Shown here one piece after another: positions 1 to 10,386 of a stretch of DNA of 64,000 nt. Numbering within the stretch: position 1 is the first letter of the stretch; each line of letters opens with the position of its first letter. This stretch comes from Candidatus Acidiferrales bacterium (GTDB lineage: Bacteria > Acidobacteriota > Terriglobia > Acidiferrales > UBA7541): contig CAVVJI010000010.1 of the NCBI GenBank assembly GCA_963748515.1, forward strand, positions 39,330 through 103,329, given 5' to 3'. A program made the position numbers and the translations under genes. The notes below the pieces were generated by a model. It saw nothing but the letters and a program-made list of their open reading frames with translations. It was not told where the DNA came from and searched no databases.

Positions 1-3000
1 ATCCGCATGTCACGCTGACTGCTCCCGAGAACTGTGGTCCCGGCGTTATCGTTATCGTCGAACTGCCGCTCTGTCCGGCCGGCGCTGTTGCACTTGTGGC
101 CGTCGCTGTGAACGTGCCGCCTCCTCCGCTGCTGCCCGTCACCGTGATGGTGACCGTGTTCGAATTACCAGACGCGAGGTAGTTCGGGTCTCCGCTGTAC
201 ACTGCGGTGATGTTGTACGTTCCTGCCGTAGCGAACGTGTATTGCAGCGTTGCTGTCCCTCCTGCCCCAGTCGACCCGCTTGCTGCAACTCCCATGAATT
301 GGGGTGTTCCGATAGCTGTGCTGCCGTTATAAAACGTGACGGTACCCTCCGGAGCGTTGACATCGTTGCTCTGCGTGGATACCACTGCCGTCAGCGTCGC
401 CGATTGCCCCGCCGAAAGACTTGCCGTGTTGGAAGCCAGCGCAATCTGTGACGCGGTCTTCGCCACCGTCACGCTCAGCGGAGTGTTGCTGCTCCCTGCG
501 TAGTTTTCATCCCCGCTGTACGTCGCCACAATGCTGTGCACGCCTGGTGTTGTGCTTCCCACCGTGCCGGACAGTTGCACCGCGATATCTTCCGCGATTC
601 CCAGCACGTTCAGCGTCGCGATATTCGTCGCATTCGCTGTTCCCGCCTTCGGGAAGTCGTTCAGCGCCTGCCCGTTGTCCGTCAGCGTAATCGTTCCGGT
701 AGGGCATGCATACGTCGGTTGAATGTTCGGATACGTGAATTCGCACGACGTCCCATCGCTCTTGGTCACCGCAATCTTCAGCGTATACGGCGAACCGTAG
801 GTGATCGATTGCGCGCTCGTTGACAGCGTTGGCGTCGGCGGAGTCGTGGAATTGTCGTACGTCACAAAATATACCACCGTCTTCGAAGGCTGGTTCCCGC
901 CGCTCCCCTTTACTGCCAATGTTCCGCTGCTTCCCGCGTAGTTGACGTCGCCGCTGTACATCGCCACCAGCGAAGTCGTGTTCGCCGGCAACAAATTCGT
1001 CGTTGCGTTCACGGTTCCACCCGCGAGTGTGAACGGCCCCACCGTCTGCTGCGTCCCGTCGCTCTTCATCGCGATCAGCGTCACATAGCCCGTTGGTGTC
1101 CCGGATGCCGCCGTCACTTTCACCGTCGCCGTATAGTTGCTGTTGAAGGTCAGCGTCGAATTTCCCGTCACCGCGGTCGTCGTCGCTGTTCTCGCAAACG
1201 AGCTCCACTTCGTCAATAGATTGCTCACGTTGATCGAGCCCAGCCCCGTCGCCGCGTCATATTCTTTGCCCGCCGTAAACGCCGCTACCGCCGGGTTGCT
1301 TCCCGATATCCCGCTCGAAGGATTCGTCCCGATCACCAGCACGCCGTACCCATTGGAATTCGTGCTGCTGCAATTCGCCGTATCCCCGATGCACGCCACA
1401 GAATTGTTGCCCTTGGTGACATCGTTAAATACGCAGTTGCTGTTTGGTGTTTGTCCGATCGAAGACCCGCAAGCCCCGGACACATAGTTCGTGTCGTGCG
1501 CCGCCAGCCAGTACAACCCGTAATTCACATTGCCCAGCCCCTGCGTCGCGCCTATTTTCTGGTTCACCAACGCCATCACCGCCGCGAACGACGGTGTGGC
1601 CACCGAAGTTCCTCCGATCAACTGAAAATCGGTGTACGGCGAATTCAGATTGCACGAATCCCCGGTCGTGTTGGCGTCTGATTGGCACACGATGTATGCC
1701 ACCCCGTTCTGTCCATTGCTTGCAAAAAACGAAACGTCCGGCAGGGAACGCGTTTTCGCTTGCGTCAAAAACGTTCCCAGCGACGAACTCGTCTGGAACG
1801 GCGGTTGTGGATACCCTGCGCTGCACGAACTGTCGCCGCTCGTCAGGATCGCGCAATTGCTCAATCCACCTCCCGCCGCCACCACGTCTGCGCCCTGCGG
1901 ATCCACGCTGGTGCACTGGGATGTTGATGAGTAATTGATCGCGCATGCCGAATCGTCCCACGTGGTTTCCGGGATGTAGCTCAGCGCCGATCCCTGTCCC
2001 CCGTTATTCGTCGCGCTCCAATATTGGTTCGAATTCCCCGTCGGTAGCGTCGATGGATCGAAATCCGTCCCGCCCACCGCTACGTTGTACGGCGTCGATC
2101 CCAGCCCGTTCACCGCCAGACCCTGCGTCGCGGCATTGGGTGAAGAGCTCGTTGGATCGCAGGCCGCCGATCCGCTGTCGCCCGTCGAGACCGCTACCGT
2201 GATTCCCTGTGCCGCTGCTTGCTGCCACAATTGCTGGTAGAATCCGTTTCCCTCATTGCCGTTGTCGAACTCGCACGTACCATAGCTTTCGCTTAATATC
2301 GGCGCTACGTTGTTATCCACCGCGTACAGCGCCGCCAAATCGATTCCCGTCGATACCTGCGTCGGATTCGACATCGTCGACGCCGCAATCACCATAAAAA
2401 TCTGCGCATTCGGCGCTACCGCTCCCGCCCATTCCACATCCAGGTCCGCTTCCTGTTCTTCGTTCGTTGTGCTCGGCCCCAGAATTCCCGGGTCATGGCC
2501 GCTCACCAGCACGCTCAAATACCCATTCGAACCCGTCGCATTCAGGTACGCCGGGCATGCCGGTGTTAATCCAAAAATATTCCGGAAGTCGCACACGTCC
2601 TGCGTATTGATGTTCGATTCTTCAATGATGGCGATCTTTTGGCCGGTTCCGTCTGCTCCCGAGGTCGGGATGTTGTACACCTTCGCGAAGTCCGCCGGGC
2701 CCATCGCAAAATTTGCCGGGTTGCCGTACGTAAACAGCGGCGTAATCAGCCCCGTCGATTTATCCTTCCGATATTCACCCTTGCGAATTGAGTTCGCCTT
2801 CTTCGGAAAATTATGCAGCGCCACCACGCCTCGCACTGCCGGGGCCAATGCCGCTGGTATCGACGGATCGCTCGCGTTCGCAAAATAATCCGCTCCATTC
2901 ACCGTGTACCGGTGAATCTCCGTCTGGAACGCGCTCTTCACCTGCCCTGCCGTCCCGCTGAACTCAATCACCGTCTTGCCTGCCGCAACCTGGGCCACCT

Positions 3001-3400
3001 GGAATCCCTGCTGCGTCAGCCATCCCGTAATCTTCTGCACGTCCTCATCGGACGGCCCGAACTGCGCTCCAAACTGTGCCGGTGTCAGCCACGCCCGGTA
3101 GTTCGCAGAGCTCTTCGTTTGCTGTTGCTCCATCAAATCCCGCAGCGCCACTTCCTGCTCCGGACTGCGCTGCAGCAGCAACAGCATCCGCGACATCGGC
3201 TGCGAATCCGCCAGCGCTCCTTGGTCGAACTCCGCTCGCGCCAGCGGATGCACGTTGCCCTTCAACTGCACCGTTTGCGACGCGTCAATCGGCTTCACGA
3301 TCCGCGATCGTACGGCGGCCTGCTGCGCCAAAATGGCTCCGCCAGCTCCCAGCAACAGTCCGGTCAAAGTGGCAACACACGCGATTAGTCTCAGCTTCAT
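1..3400 (-). CDS. Secreted S53 (sedolisin/kumamolisin-like) protease with pro-domain and C-terminal Ig-like repeats; 3' end runs off the left edge
   Basis: Not in the ORF track because there is no stop in the window. Manual translation from ATG 3400 (MKLRLIA..., signal-peptide-like) gives EQEADLDVEW, VSTGDSGS and GGTSVATP catalytic motifs and Thr/Ser-rich Ig-like segments (YSGDVNY). Position 2 is in the same frame (SGSSTITITPGPQFSGAVSVTCG). Confidence 0.85.
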   Translation of the reverse strand, partial: MKLRLIACVATLTGLLLGAGGAILAQQAAVRSRIVKPIDASQTVQLKGNVHPLARAEFDQGALADSQPMSRMLLLLQRSPEQEVALRDLMEQQQTKSSANYRAWLTPAQFGAQFGPSDEDVQKITGWLTQQGFQVAQVAAGKTVIEFSGTAGQVKSAFQTEIHRYTVNGADYFANASDPSIPAALAPAVRGVVALHNFPKKANSIRKGEYRKDKSTGLITPLFTYGNPANFAMGPADFAKVYNIPTSGADGTGQKIAIIEESNINTQDVCDFRNIFGLTPACPAYLNATGSNGYLSVLVSGHDPGILGPSTTNEEQEADLDVEWAGAVAPNAQIFMVIAASTMSNPTQVSTGIDLAALYAVDNNVAPILSESYGTCEFDNGNEGNGFYQQLWQQAAAQGITVAVSTGDSGSAACDPTSSSPNAATQGLAVNGLGSTPYNVAVGGTDFDPSTLPTGNSNQYWSATNNGGQGSALSYIPETTWDDSACAINYSSTSQCTSVDPQGADVVAAGGGLSNCAILTSGDSSCSAGYPQPPFQTSSSLGTFLTQAKTRSLPDVSFFASNGQNGVAYIVCQSDANTTGDSCNLNSPYTDFQLIGGTSVATPSFAAVMALVNQKIGATQGLGNVNYGLYWLAAHDTNYVSGACGSSIGQTPNSNCVFNDVTKGNNSVACIGDTANCSSTNSNGYGVLVIGTNPSSGISGSNPAVAAFTAGKEYDAATGLGSINVSNLLTKWSSFARTATTTAVTGNSTLTFNSNYTATVKVTAASGTPTGYVTLIAMKSDGTQQTVGPFTLAGGTVNATTNLLPANTTSLVAMYSGDVNYAGSSGTLAVKGSGGNQPSKTVVYFVTYDNSTTPPTPTLSTSAQSITYGSPYTLKIAVTKSDGTSCEFTYPNIQPTYACPTGTITLTDNGQALNDFPKAGTANATNIATLNVLGIAEDIAVQLSGTVGSTTPGVHSIVATYSGDENYAGSSNTPLSVTVAKTASQIALASNTASLSAGQSATLTAVVSTQSNDVNAPEGTVTFYNGSTAIGTPQFMGVAASGSTGAGGTATLQYTFATAGTYNITAVYSGDPNYLASGNSNTVTITVTGSSGGGGTFTATATSATAPAGQSGSSTITITPGPQFSGAVSVTCG

Positions 3401-3700
3401 TTCAGTCAGCGCTCCCTGGCTTTTGTTTGCGAACTCATTCGGTAGCTAATGGGTGATAAAAATGTCTGGGCGGATTGACCCGGGCAGATTCTTCTTCTCG
3501 GGCTCCATCTCTACCCAGATGCGTGCTTTCAGAATACGGTTTTCCCTGGCTGCCTTGCCGAAATCTCACCGAGCGCGTTTCCATTCCGGCATCACGGCAA
3601 ATACTCTCAAAATACACCCGCACGTTTCCTGTAAACCCGCCTCTTACCCCAAAGTTGCGTCCGCTTCGAAACTCTTTTCACAACCAGCAGACCGAACCAC

Positions 3701-4729
3701 TTACGCGAATGCCTTCATCTCCACATTCCCGCCGGAAATCACCACTCCAATCTTCAATTTCCCGCCTTTGCTCGGTAGTCCGAACGACGTAATCCCGCCC
3801 TTCCTCAAAATCGGAGCCACCGCTACCGCCGAACTCGGCTCAATCACCATCTTCATCCGTTCCGCGATCAGCACCATCGCCCCGCGAATCTCGTCTTCCG
3901 ACACCAGCGCAATCCCATCCACGTACTTCCGCAAAATCGCAAACGTTCTCGGCGCCAGCGATGCTCTCAACCCGTCCGCCATCGTGTCGCTCGCCTCTTG
4001 CCTCTGCAGCACTCCGCTTTGCATCGACCGGTACGCATCATCCGCGCGCTCCGGCTCGCACCCGAATACCCGCACATTCGAACCCAGCAGCTTCGCGCTC
4101 AAGCAAGTCCCGCTTAGCAACCCTCCTCCGCTCACCGGCGCCAGCACCGCATCTAGGTCGGGCACTTCTTCCAGCAACTCCTTCGTCGCCGTCGCCTGCC
4201 CTGCAATGATTCGATCATTGTCGAACGGGTGCACCAGCGCCGCTCCCGTTTCTTGTTGCAGTCGCGCCGCCGTTTCCGCCCGCGCCGTGTTCGTCGGCTC
4301 GCAAAACGTAATCTTGCCGCCGTATGATTCCACCGCCCGGCACTTCACCGCCGACGAATTCTTCGGCATCACGATGAACGCCGGCACTCCCCGCCATCCC
4401 GCCGCGCATGCCACCGCTGCTGCATGATTCCCGCTTGACAGCGTCACCACCCCGCGCGCAATTTCCGCTTCGCTCAACGACAGTATCGCGTTCGCCGCTC
4501 CCCGTATCTTGAACGACCCGGTCTTCTGAAAGTTGTCGCACTTGAAGTACACCTCCGCCCCGGCCATCGCATCGATGGACCGGCTAGTCAGCACTGGCGT
4601 TCGGTGAATCCGTCCGCGAATCCGCTCATGGGCTTCCCGGATCGTCTCCGCGTTCACCGGCGTCACCGTAGCGCCCTCAGACACAACTCCACCCATGGTA
4701 TTTCCCGCCTCCCGCGCATTTAGTTCCAT
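3701..4729 (-). CDS. PLP-dependent serine/threonine dehydratase or serine racemase family protein
   Basis: FQKTGSFKIRGA PLP-lysine motif, SSGNH, PVSGGGL, ISGGN. The true start may lie slightly downstream. Confidence 0.9.
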   Translation of the reverse strand: MELNAREAGNTMGGVVSEGATVTPVNAETIREAHERIRGRIHRTPVLTSRSIDAMAGAEVYFKCDNFQKTGSFKIRGAANAILSLSEAEIARGVVTLSSGNHAAAVACAAGWRGVPAFIVMPKNSSAVKCRAVESYGGKITFCEPTNTARAETAARLQQETGAALVHPFDNDRIIAGQATATKELLEEVPDLDAVLAPVSGGGLLSGTCLSAKLLGSNVRVFGCEPERADDAYRSMQSGVLQRQEASDTMADGLRASLAPRTFAILRKYVDGIALVSEDEIRGAMVLIAERMKMVIEPSSAVAVAPILRKGGITSFGLPSKGGKLKIGVVISGGNVEMKAFA

Positions 4730-4876
4730 AGCCGCAGTCTAGTCCACCCCTCCCGTGCAAACACCAGCCAAATTGCTATCTTTCCTCTATCTGCCCGCAA
4801 ATTCCTCTGTTAAACTGGGCCTTCCGCAGATGCGCGGTCGCGTACTCTCCCTGCCAAGTCGCCCGCGCGGAGTACC

Positions 4877-5266
4877 ATGGCTACCAGTGAACGCCGACAC
4901 CTCGAGCGCTTTCGCATGCGTGTCCCCCTGCGTTTTCGCCCCGACAACCTGACCTCCGACAGCACCGATCACTTCACCGAAGCCATCAACATCTCCCGCG
5001 GCGGATTTTTCTTTGTCACTTCCGCCCCTCTCCAGGTCGGCATGCCCATTGAGGCCACTATCCGCATGCCCGCCGAAGTCACCGGCGCCTCTCCCGAGGA
5101 AACTCATTGCAAGGCCCGCGTCGTCCACGCCAAGCCCGACGCCTTCGCCGACGGTCGCATGGGATTTGGCGCCGAAATCGAAAGCTTCATCGAACCCGAG
5201 CAGCCCAAGCCCGCCCACCCCGAACTTGTCAAAGCTCCGCCCTCCAGCGCCAAGCTTCCGCGCTAA
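4877..5266 (+). CDS. Stand-alone PilZ-domain (c-di-GMP receptor) protein
   Basis: RxxxR (RRHLERF) and NxSxxG (NISRGG) PilZ motifs. Confidence 0.85.
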   Translation: MATSERRHLERFRMRVPLRFRPDNLTSDSTDHFTEAINISRGGFFFVTSAPLQVGMPIEATIRMPAEVTGASPEETHCKARVVHAKPDAFADGRMGFGAEIESFIEPEQPKPAHPELVKAPPSSAKLPR

Positions 5267-5329
5267 CCACTTCAGATCGATCCGCTGATTCGTCGGAGTA
5301 GTCTTTGCCTGAAATAATCCAGAAGCTCG

Positions 5330-7645
5330 TCAGCTTTTTCCGCCCGCAATCGTGAACGTTGTCTTTCCCGCTCCCACGTTCTCGAACCGGTCATACGCCC
5401 GCACCGCCACCGTATGCTCTCCCGGCTGCAATCCCCGCACCGTAAAGGAATACGTCTCCGTGCGCCCATCGCTGATCCCATTCGTCGGCGCCACCAGAAT
5501 CCATTCTCCGCCGTCGACGCTGTACTGCGCCTTATCCACGCTGCTGCTCGGATCGCTTGCGGTGAATTGGAAATCGTACGAAACCCCATTCGACCGGTCG
5601 GCGTTCATCCCCGTTGGGCTGGCCTCGATTTTACCGATCGTCGGCGGCGTATTGTCTACTTCAAATCGCTCACTGTCCCGTTCTCCCGTCAACGCCATCG
5701 CCGGCGGATTCGACGGCCCATCGCTGGCCACAATCTTCAGGTAGTAGGCGCCGTCCGGCATGGTCGTCGTATCCCACGCATAAAACTTCTGGTCCAAGTT
5801 ATCCTTCAGCAATTTCCAGTCGTGTTCGTTCTCTCCGCGAAAATAAACCGCGTACCGCAGATCATCATCATTGTCGTCGTGCGCCGTCCACAGCACCGAC
5901 TCCCAGCCCTTCTGCACGTATCCCTGCGGCGGTTGCTCAAATTTCGTACTGCTCGTGGTGATCACAATCCCACTGGGACTCGGTGCTTGCGGCTGCTTCA
6001 GATTCACCGTCGTTGCCTGCCCGCCTCCCAGTGCGATCGGCGCCTGCGCCCGCACTCCCGGATCCTGTATCGCAATCCCATCCACCACCGGAGCAACATT
6101 CTTCGGTTGAAACGCCACGCTCACCCAATCGATTCCGTCTCCCGCGCGCCCGTCGTGAATCACCGCTTTCCACTGGAAGAAACGCGCCGCCGGAGCCTCA
6201 ACCGGACTGCCACTGGTCGTATACGGGCCTGCCCACGCCGACCATTCCTTCCCCGGCACCTCGGTGTTTCCGCTGCGCACATACAATTCCAGCCGCGGCT
6301 CCTTGGAAACTTTGGCCTGCGCGCCGCTTGCCGGTGGACTGAACCACTCCAGCCTGCCCCACGTCGAAAACAGTTTCGAATCGAACGATTGCGACTCAAA
6401 CGTCCCTTCGTTCTCCGACTCCGGGCCCACCGAAAACACCTTCCCCGGATTTGCCGTGCACACAAACACTCGTCCCGCCGCGTTTCGCGTGATTCCCGTA
6501 ATCTGCGCCGCGCCCGACTTCGCCAGTTGCGCGTACACGCCGTGCCCGTCAATCACCAGCAGCGCTCCCGCATTCCCAGTCCCCGCCAGCAACCGCCCGT
6601 CTGCATTCAGCCCCAGCGCGTACACCACGTCGTCCTTCGAGCTCCATATCTCTTCCGGCGAACCATCTGCCGCAATCTTGTAGATGCTGCTCGAAAGCGT
6701 CGGAGCGAAATTCGGGAATGGCGACAATCCCTGCCCGCCCACTGGGCTATTGCTGATGATCGTCGTCCCCTGCGAAGTCGCAATCACCGCATTGGGCGCC
6801 TGCGGATTAGGCCTGGTCTTATCCCCAATCGCCCCCACATAAATTGCGCCGTCCTTGGCCACCGCCAGCGAAGTCACTTCCCGCTTCGCCGTTTCATACA
6901 GCACAAATCCGCTGGCCGCCGCCTCGCCCGCCGCTTTTTTCTTTTCGTCCCTGCTGACTCGCAGCACCCGCCCGTTCGGGTCCGTCCCCGCGATCAAGTT
7001 TCCCTTCGCGTCGAATCCCAGAATCTTGATGTGCGCCTCGTCGCTTGCGTAAAACAATTCGCCCTTGCCTTCGCCCGTCACCGCGTAAATCTGCCCTTTG
7101 TCCCCCGTAGCCACGTACAACGTTCCATCTTTTCCAAACGCCAAATCCCAGATGTATTTCGTCTTCGGATCGAAGAACACCGTCTTCTCCCCGTTCGCTC
7201 CCACTCGATACACTTTCCCGTCCGGGGCTGTCGCCACATACAGCGTTCCTTTTGCATCGAACGCCACCGCTTGTGCCAATTGCTCTGTGGACTCAAACAC
7301 CACCTTCGGTTTCCCGGTTCCTTCAAACCGAAATACCTTTGCTGGCGATCCACCAGCCGCGTACGGCACTCCCGCTGCGTCTGTCCGCAACGACCACAAA
7401 TACGAGGCATCCGCATCCGACACCAACGTGAACTTTGGCGCCAGCTCCAGATGTCCGTCGCTCCGCACCGCTACACCCTTGGCCGTCCCCTTCAAAAATT
7501 CGTCATACGTCGACTGCCGCCACCGCCGGGTGTGTTCTGCCTCTGCGCTGATCCCCCATACGAGCGCGAGCACCACGGCCGCGCTTGCCAGCACTCTCGC
7601 TGCTCTGGCCGGCGTGTCTCTTCTTCTCATCGCTCGTTGTCCCAT
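5330..7645 (-). CDS. Secreted beta-propeller repeat protein with C-terminal Ig/FN3-like domains
   Basis: Signal-peptide-like N-terminus, repeated AFDxxGxLYVATG blades, C-terminal DNTPP...VRAYD Ig-like segment. Confidence 0.75.
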   Translation of the reverse strand: MGQRAMRRRDTPARAARVLASAAVVLALVWGISAEAEHTRRWRQSTYDEFLKGTAKGVAVRSDGHLELAPKFTLVSDADASYLWSLRTDAAGVPYAAGGSPAKVFRFEGTGKPKVVFESTEQLAQAVAFDAKGTLYVATAPDGKVYRVGANGEKTVFFDPKTKYIWDLAFGKDGTLYVATGDKGQIYAVTGEGKGELFYASDEAHIKILGFDAKGNLIAGTDPNGRVLRVSRDEKKKAAGEAAASGFVLYETAKREVTSLAVAKDGAIYVGAIGDKTRPNPQAPNAVIATSQGTTIISNSPVGGQGLSPFPNFAPTLSSSIYKIAADGSPEEIWSSKDDVVYALGLNADGRLLAGTGNAGALLVIDGHGVYAQLAKSGAAQITGITRNAAGRVFVCTANPGKVFSVGPESENEGTFESQSFDSKLFSTWGRLEWFSPPASGAQAKVSKEPRLELYVRSGNTEVPGKEWSAWAGPYTTSGSPVEAPAARFFQWKAVIHDGRAGDGIDWVSVAFQPKNVAPVVDGIAIQDPGVRAQAPIALGGGQATTVNLKQPQAPSPSGIVITTSSTKFEQPPQGYVQKGWESVLWTAHDDNDDDLRYAVYFRGENEHDWKLLKDNLDQKFYAWDTTTMPDGAYYLKIVASDGPSNPPAMALTGERDSERFEVDNTPPTIGKIEASPTGMNADRSNGVSYDFQFTASDPSSSVDKAQYSVDGGEWILVAPTNGISDGRTETYSFTVRGLQPGEHTVAVRAYDRFENVGAGKTTFTIAGGKS

Positions 7646-7649
7646 AGCC

Positions 7650-9515
7650 TCACCGAATCTGTAGATTCAAAGAGATCACACCGCTTACCGGCCCACCCTG
7701 CGCCACCGACGTCTCGCTCGCCAGACTCTCCCGCAGCACTTGCACCGATCCAGGCGATGGACGTCCGTCAATCACGTTAATCTCCGACAGCGGCACATTC
7801 GGCATTTCCTTGTCGTCCCACACTAGCGTGGGCGCCGGTACAAATAGCCCCACATAGAACCGGTCGTTTCGCCGCTCACGGTTCAACAGCGCTATCAGTT
7901 GATCCAGTCCCGCCGGGCCCGACGCGCCCATTCCCGGGGCCGCCCCAAATCCAAATCCCCGCGATGCCCGGTTCATCCAATCCGCGTCGCTGATCAGCAC
8001 CCGCACCGTGCTTCCGTGTGCGATCTGATCTGGCACGTGGATCGTGGCCTCCTCCACCCGCGATTCCCCGCGATACGGTCGCAGCATCACCCGCACCCGC
8101 AAATCCTCGCCCGGAGTCGCCTCGCCCTTCTCCAGCCACGCGCTCTCAATCGCAAACGACGATCGTCCCGGATTGCTTTGCACCTGCAGCGAAATGTGCT
8201 CGACGTTCGGAACCTCAAAATGATTCGTGAACAGCCTTCCAAATACGTTCTGCACCACCAGCGCCAGCGGCAATCCGTCGGGCGAATTTCCATCGCTCGG
8301 TGCGAATGTGCTCTCAATTTGCACCGCGTTGTGTCCCTTCAACTGAATCTCGCCTCGCAACTCCAGCGTCGTCCCTTCTCCGTACAACGAATTCTGCGTA
8401 ATCGCATTAAAAGTCGTCAGTGCCACCAACAGTGGCGTCAACTTCGGATGGCTGATCACTTCGAAGTGAAACTTCTTCTCCGCTCCATTGCGGAACGTCA
8501 CGTCCACTGGAATCAGCGCAGGCGTCGCTCCCAGGGTTCCCGTCACCGCTGTCAAATGGTCTCCGGTAATCGTTCCGATCGGCTCGCCCACATTCACAAT
8601 CTTCGTCGATGCCAGGCTGGACGAGAGCGTCGTCACCACCCGGCTCCGCGACATCGGTATCTTCACATCCCCCAAACTCAAAAACGGATGCCCGCAGAGA
8701 AATACCTGGTCGCCTCGCACCGCCGTCACCGTGCATGCCGAATTGATCGACGCATCGCCCTGCACTAGCACCATTCCCGCCATGTCTCCGGCCTTCAGAT
8801 TCTTGTCGCCCGGTTGCGCCGCTGCCGTCCCACCCTGCGCTGCCACCAATCCGTAGCTCGCAAGCTGTGCGCTAAACGGCTGCAGCGCCGCCGGTGCAAA
8901 TCCTGAAAAAATCAGCGGCGTCTCAATCGGTTCAAGCTCCGCACCGCTGGGCACCATGTTTCGAACTCTGGCGTCGCTGGGCAACGCCAACGGCTGCATC
9001 GTCTCCTGACCCTTCGCAGCATCCACCGGTGGCCTCAATACATCTGCAATCGGTGTTACGCCTGCGATCGCCTCCTTCGTGAAGATTCCCAGCTTCAGCG
9101 ACAGCGCCCCCGCCAGCTTCCCATCCAGATACACTGGGCTTCCGCTCATTCCTGCCACCACGCCCGTGTGCTCCACCTTCGGCCCCTTCAATTCCACCAG
9201 GATGATCGACTGCTTTGGCCCCAGGAAGTTCGGCATCACCCCCAGCACCTGCAAATCGAACTTCTCCACCTGGTCCCCTTCAAAAATCGTGTACGCGTAC
9301 CCCTGCATCCCTGGCTTCACATCTGAAACCGCTATCGTCTCTTCGCTCTGCTGCGCGCATGCCGGCAGCGCGATCCATACGCTCGCCAATAGCAGCAACC
9401 AACGGAAGTATGTGGATTTTTGCGCGAAACAGGACTGCCGGGCTTTCTGCAACACTGCGGGAACCCCCGAAGATGAACGCCCATGATACCACCCGCGTTT
9501 CTCCCGGCAATTCAA
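7650..9515 (-). CDS. SpoIVB-like peptidase S55 domain protein, probably exported (start uncertain)
   Basis: VAGMSGSPVY catalytic-serine motif, VKPGMQGY and GHPF motifs, hydrophobic N-terminal segment. Confidence 0.85.
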   Translation of the reverse strand: MNCREKRGWYHGRSSSGVPAVLQKARQSCFAQKSTYFRWLLLLASVWIALPACAQQSEETIAVSDVKPGMQGYAYTIFEGDQVEKFDLQVLGVMPNFLGPKQSIILVELKGPKVEHTGVVAGMSGSPVYLDGKLAGALSLKLGIFTKEAIAGVTPIADVLRPPVDAAKGQETMQPLALPSDARVRNMVPSGAELEPIETPLIFSGFAPAALQPFSAQLASYGLVAAQGGTAAAQPGDKNLKAGDMAGMVLVQGDASINSACTVTAVRGDQVFLCGHPFLSLGDVKIPMSRSRVVTTLSSSLASTKIVNVGEPIGTITGDHLTAVTGTLGATPALIPVDVTFRNGAEKKFHFEVISHPKLTPLLVALTTFNAITQNSLYGEGTTLELRGEIQLKGHNAVQIESTFAPSDGNSPDGLPLALVVQNVFGRLFTNHFEVPNVEHISLQVQSNPGRSSFAIESAWLEKGEATPGEDLRVRVMLRPYRGESRVEEATIHVPDQIAHGSTVRVLISDADWMNRASRGFGFGAAPGMGASGPAGLDQLIALLNRERRNDRFYVGLFVPAPTLVWDDKEMPNVPLSEINVIDGRPSPGSVQVLRESLASETSVAQGGPVSGVISLNLQIR

Positions 9516-9621
9516 CCAACGGACCGCACGTCCTGTCTTCTTAGCTTAGACGTCCTAGGACTGGCCTATCCTCACCCAGTGTGAGACATTGGCCCTTCCC
9601 ACCAACTTCTGGAGGTTCTTC

Positions 9622-9867
9622 ATGTCGGAAAAAACTAAAGAGGAATTGCTCGCCGAAATCGCGGAACTCAAGAAACAGGCCGAGCGGCCCAAGCGCGGCT
9701 CCATCGAATTTCGGGTTGGGGAAAAGGGTGGCGTCTCCGTCTACGGTCTCGGTCGTTTTCCCGTCACCTTATACTATGAGCAGTGGATTCGCCTTCTCGA
9801 CGCGTCCGCCGATCTGCGCGCCTTCCTCGAAGAAAACAAGCACCGCCTCAAACTCAAAGACCAGTAG
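9622..9867 (+). CDS. Small hypothetical protein (81 aa)
   Basis: GGAGG RBS before ATG 9622, N-terminal coiled coil, KGGVSVYGLGRFPVTLYYEQW core. Confidence 0.75.
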   Translation: MSEKTKEELLAEIAELKKQAERPKRGSIEFRVGEKGGVSVYGLGRFPVTLYYEQWIRLLDASADLRAFLEENKHRLKLKDQ

Positions 9868-9951
9868 CCCGAATTCCCGGGACCGCCAATCTCCCGATTG
9901 GCGCAACCGCAGTCGCTACAGCCAGGTAGCTTTAATTCTTGGAGGTTCTTC

Positions 9952-10185
9952 TTACTTCCGCTGTCCTGATTTTTTCTGCTCGTGGCCGGGTGCGGCAGCG
10001 TCTGCGGCATTCTGCGTCGTGTCCGGCGCACCCTGCATCGATCGGCTCGCCGTATTCGGGGCCAGTACCTGCGACTTATGATTCGGAATCGCTGCCAGCA
10101 GTACCCCGACGACAAAGAGCGCCCCCGCGCCGATAGCCGTCTTGGTGATCACATGCATTACCGCATTTCCCCTGCGCGCTGGCAT
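9952..10185 (-). CDS. Possible small membrane-anchored hypothetical protein
   Basis: One hydrophobic segment (AIGAGALFVVGVLLAAI) followed by a low-complexity tail; fills an otherwise empty gap. Confidence 0.4.
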   Translation of the reverse strand: MPARRGNAVMHVITKTAIGAGALFVVGVLLAAIPNHKSQVLAPNTASRSMQGAPDTTQNAADAAAPGHEQKKSGQRK

Positions 10186-10386
10186 AAACCGTCCTCGAAT
10201 TCTCCAAATTTGCGTTCATCTCCATGATACGAACCGCTCGCCTTCATGGTCCCGCCACTTTCCAGCCCGTTTCTCGAAAACCAACTGTCCTCAAGTGCAG
10301 TCTTTTTTCCTTAACAATTCGCCACTGATCACATTCGCATCTCCTCTTTTCGTGCCACCTGCATCCCCCGTGCTAAAATTTTTCGC

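Noticed and set aside
2313-2321. DnaA-box-like TTATCCACC (also TGATCCACA near 38999)
   Set aside because: Isolated, imperfect, not clustered and far from the skew switch.
5414-7780. 788-aa plus-strand ORF and similar long ORFs (23970..25508 -, 29408..30490 -, 38871..40097 -)
   Set aside because: Antisense or alternate-frame shadows of genes with clear motifs; Arg/His/Pro-rich, as expected in high-GC DNA.
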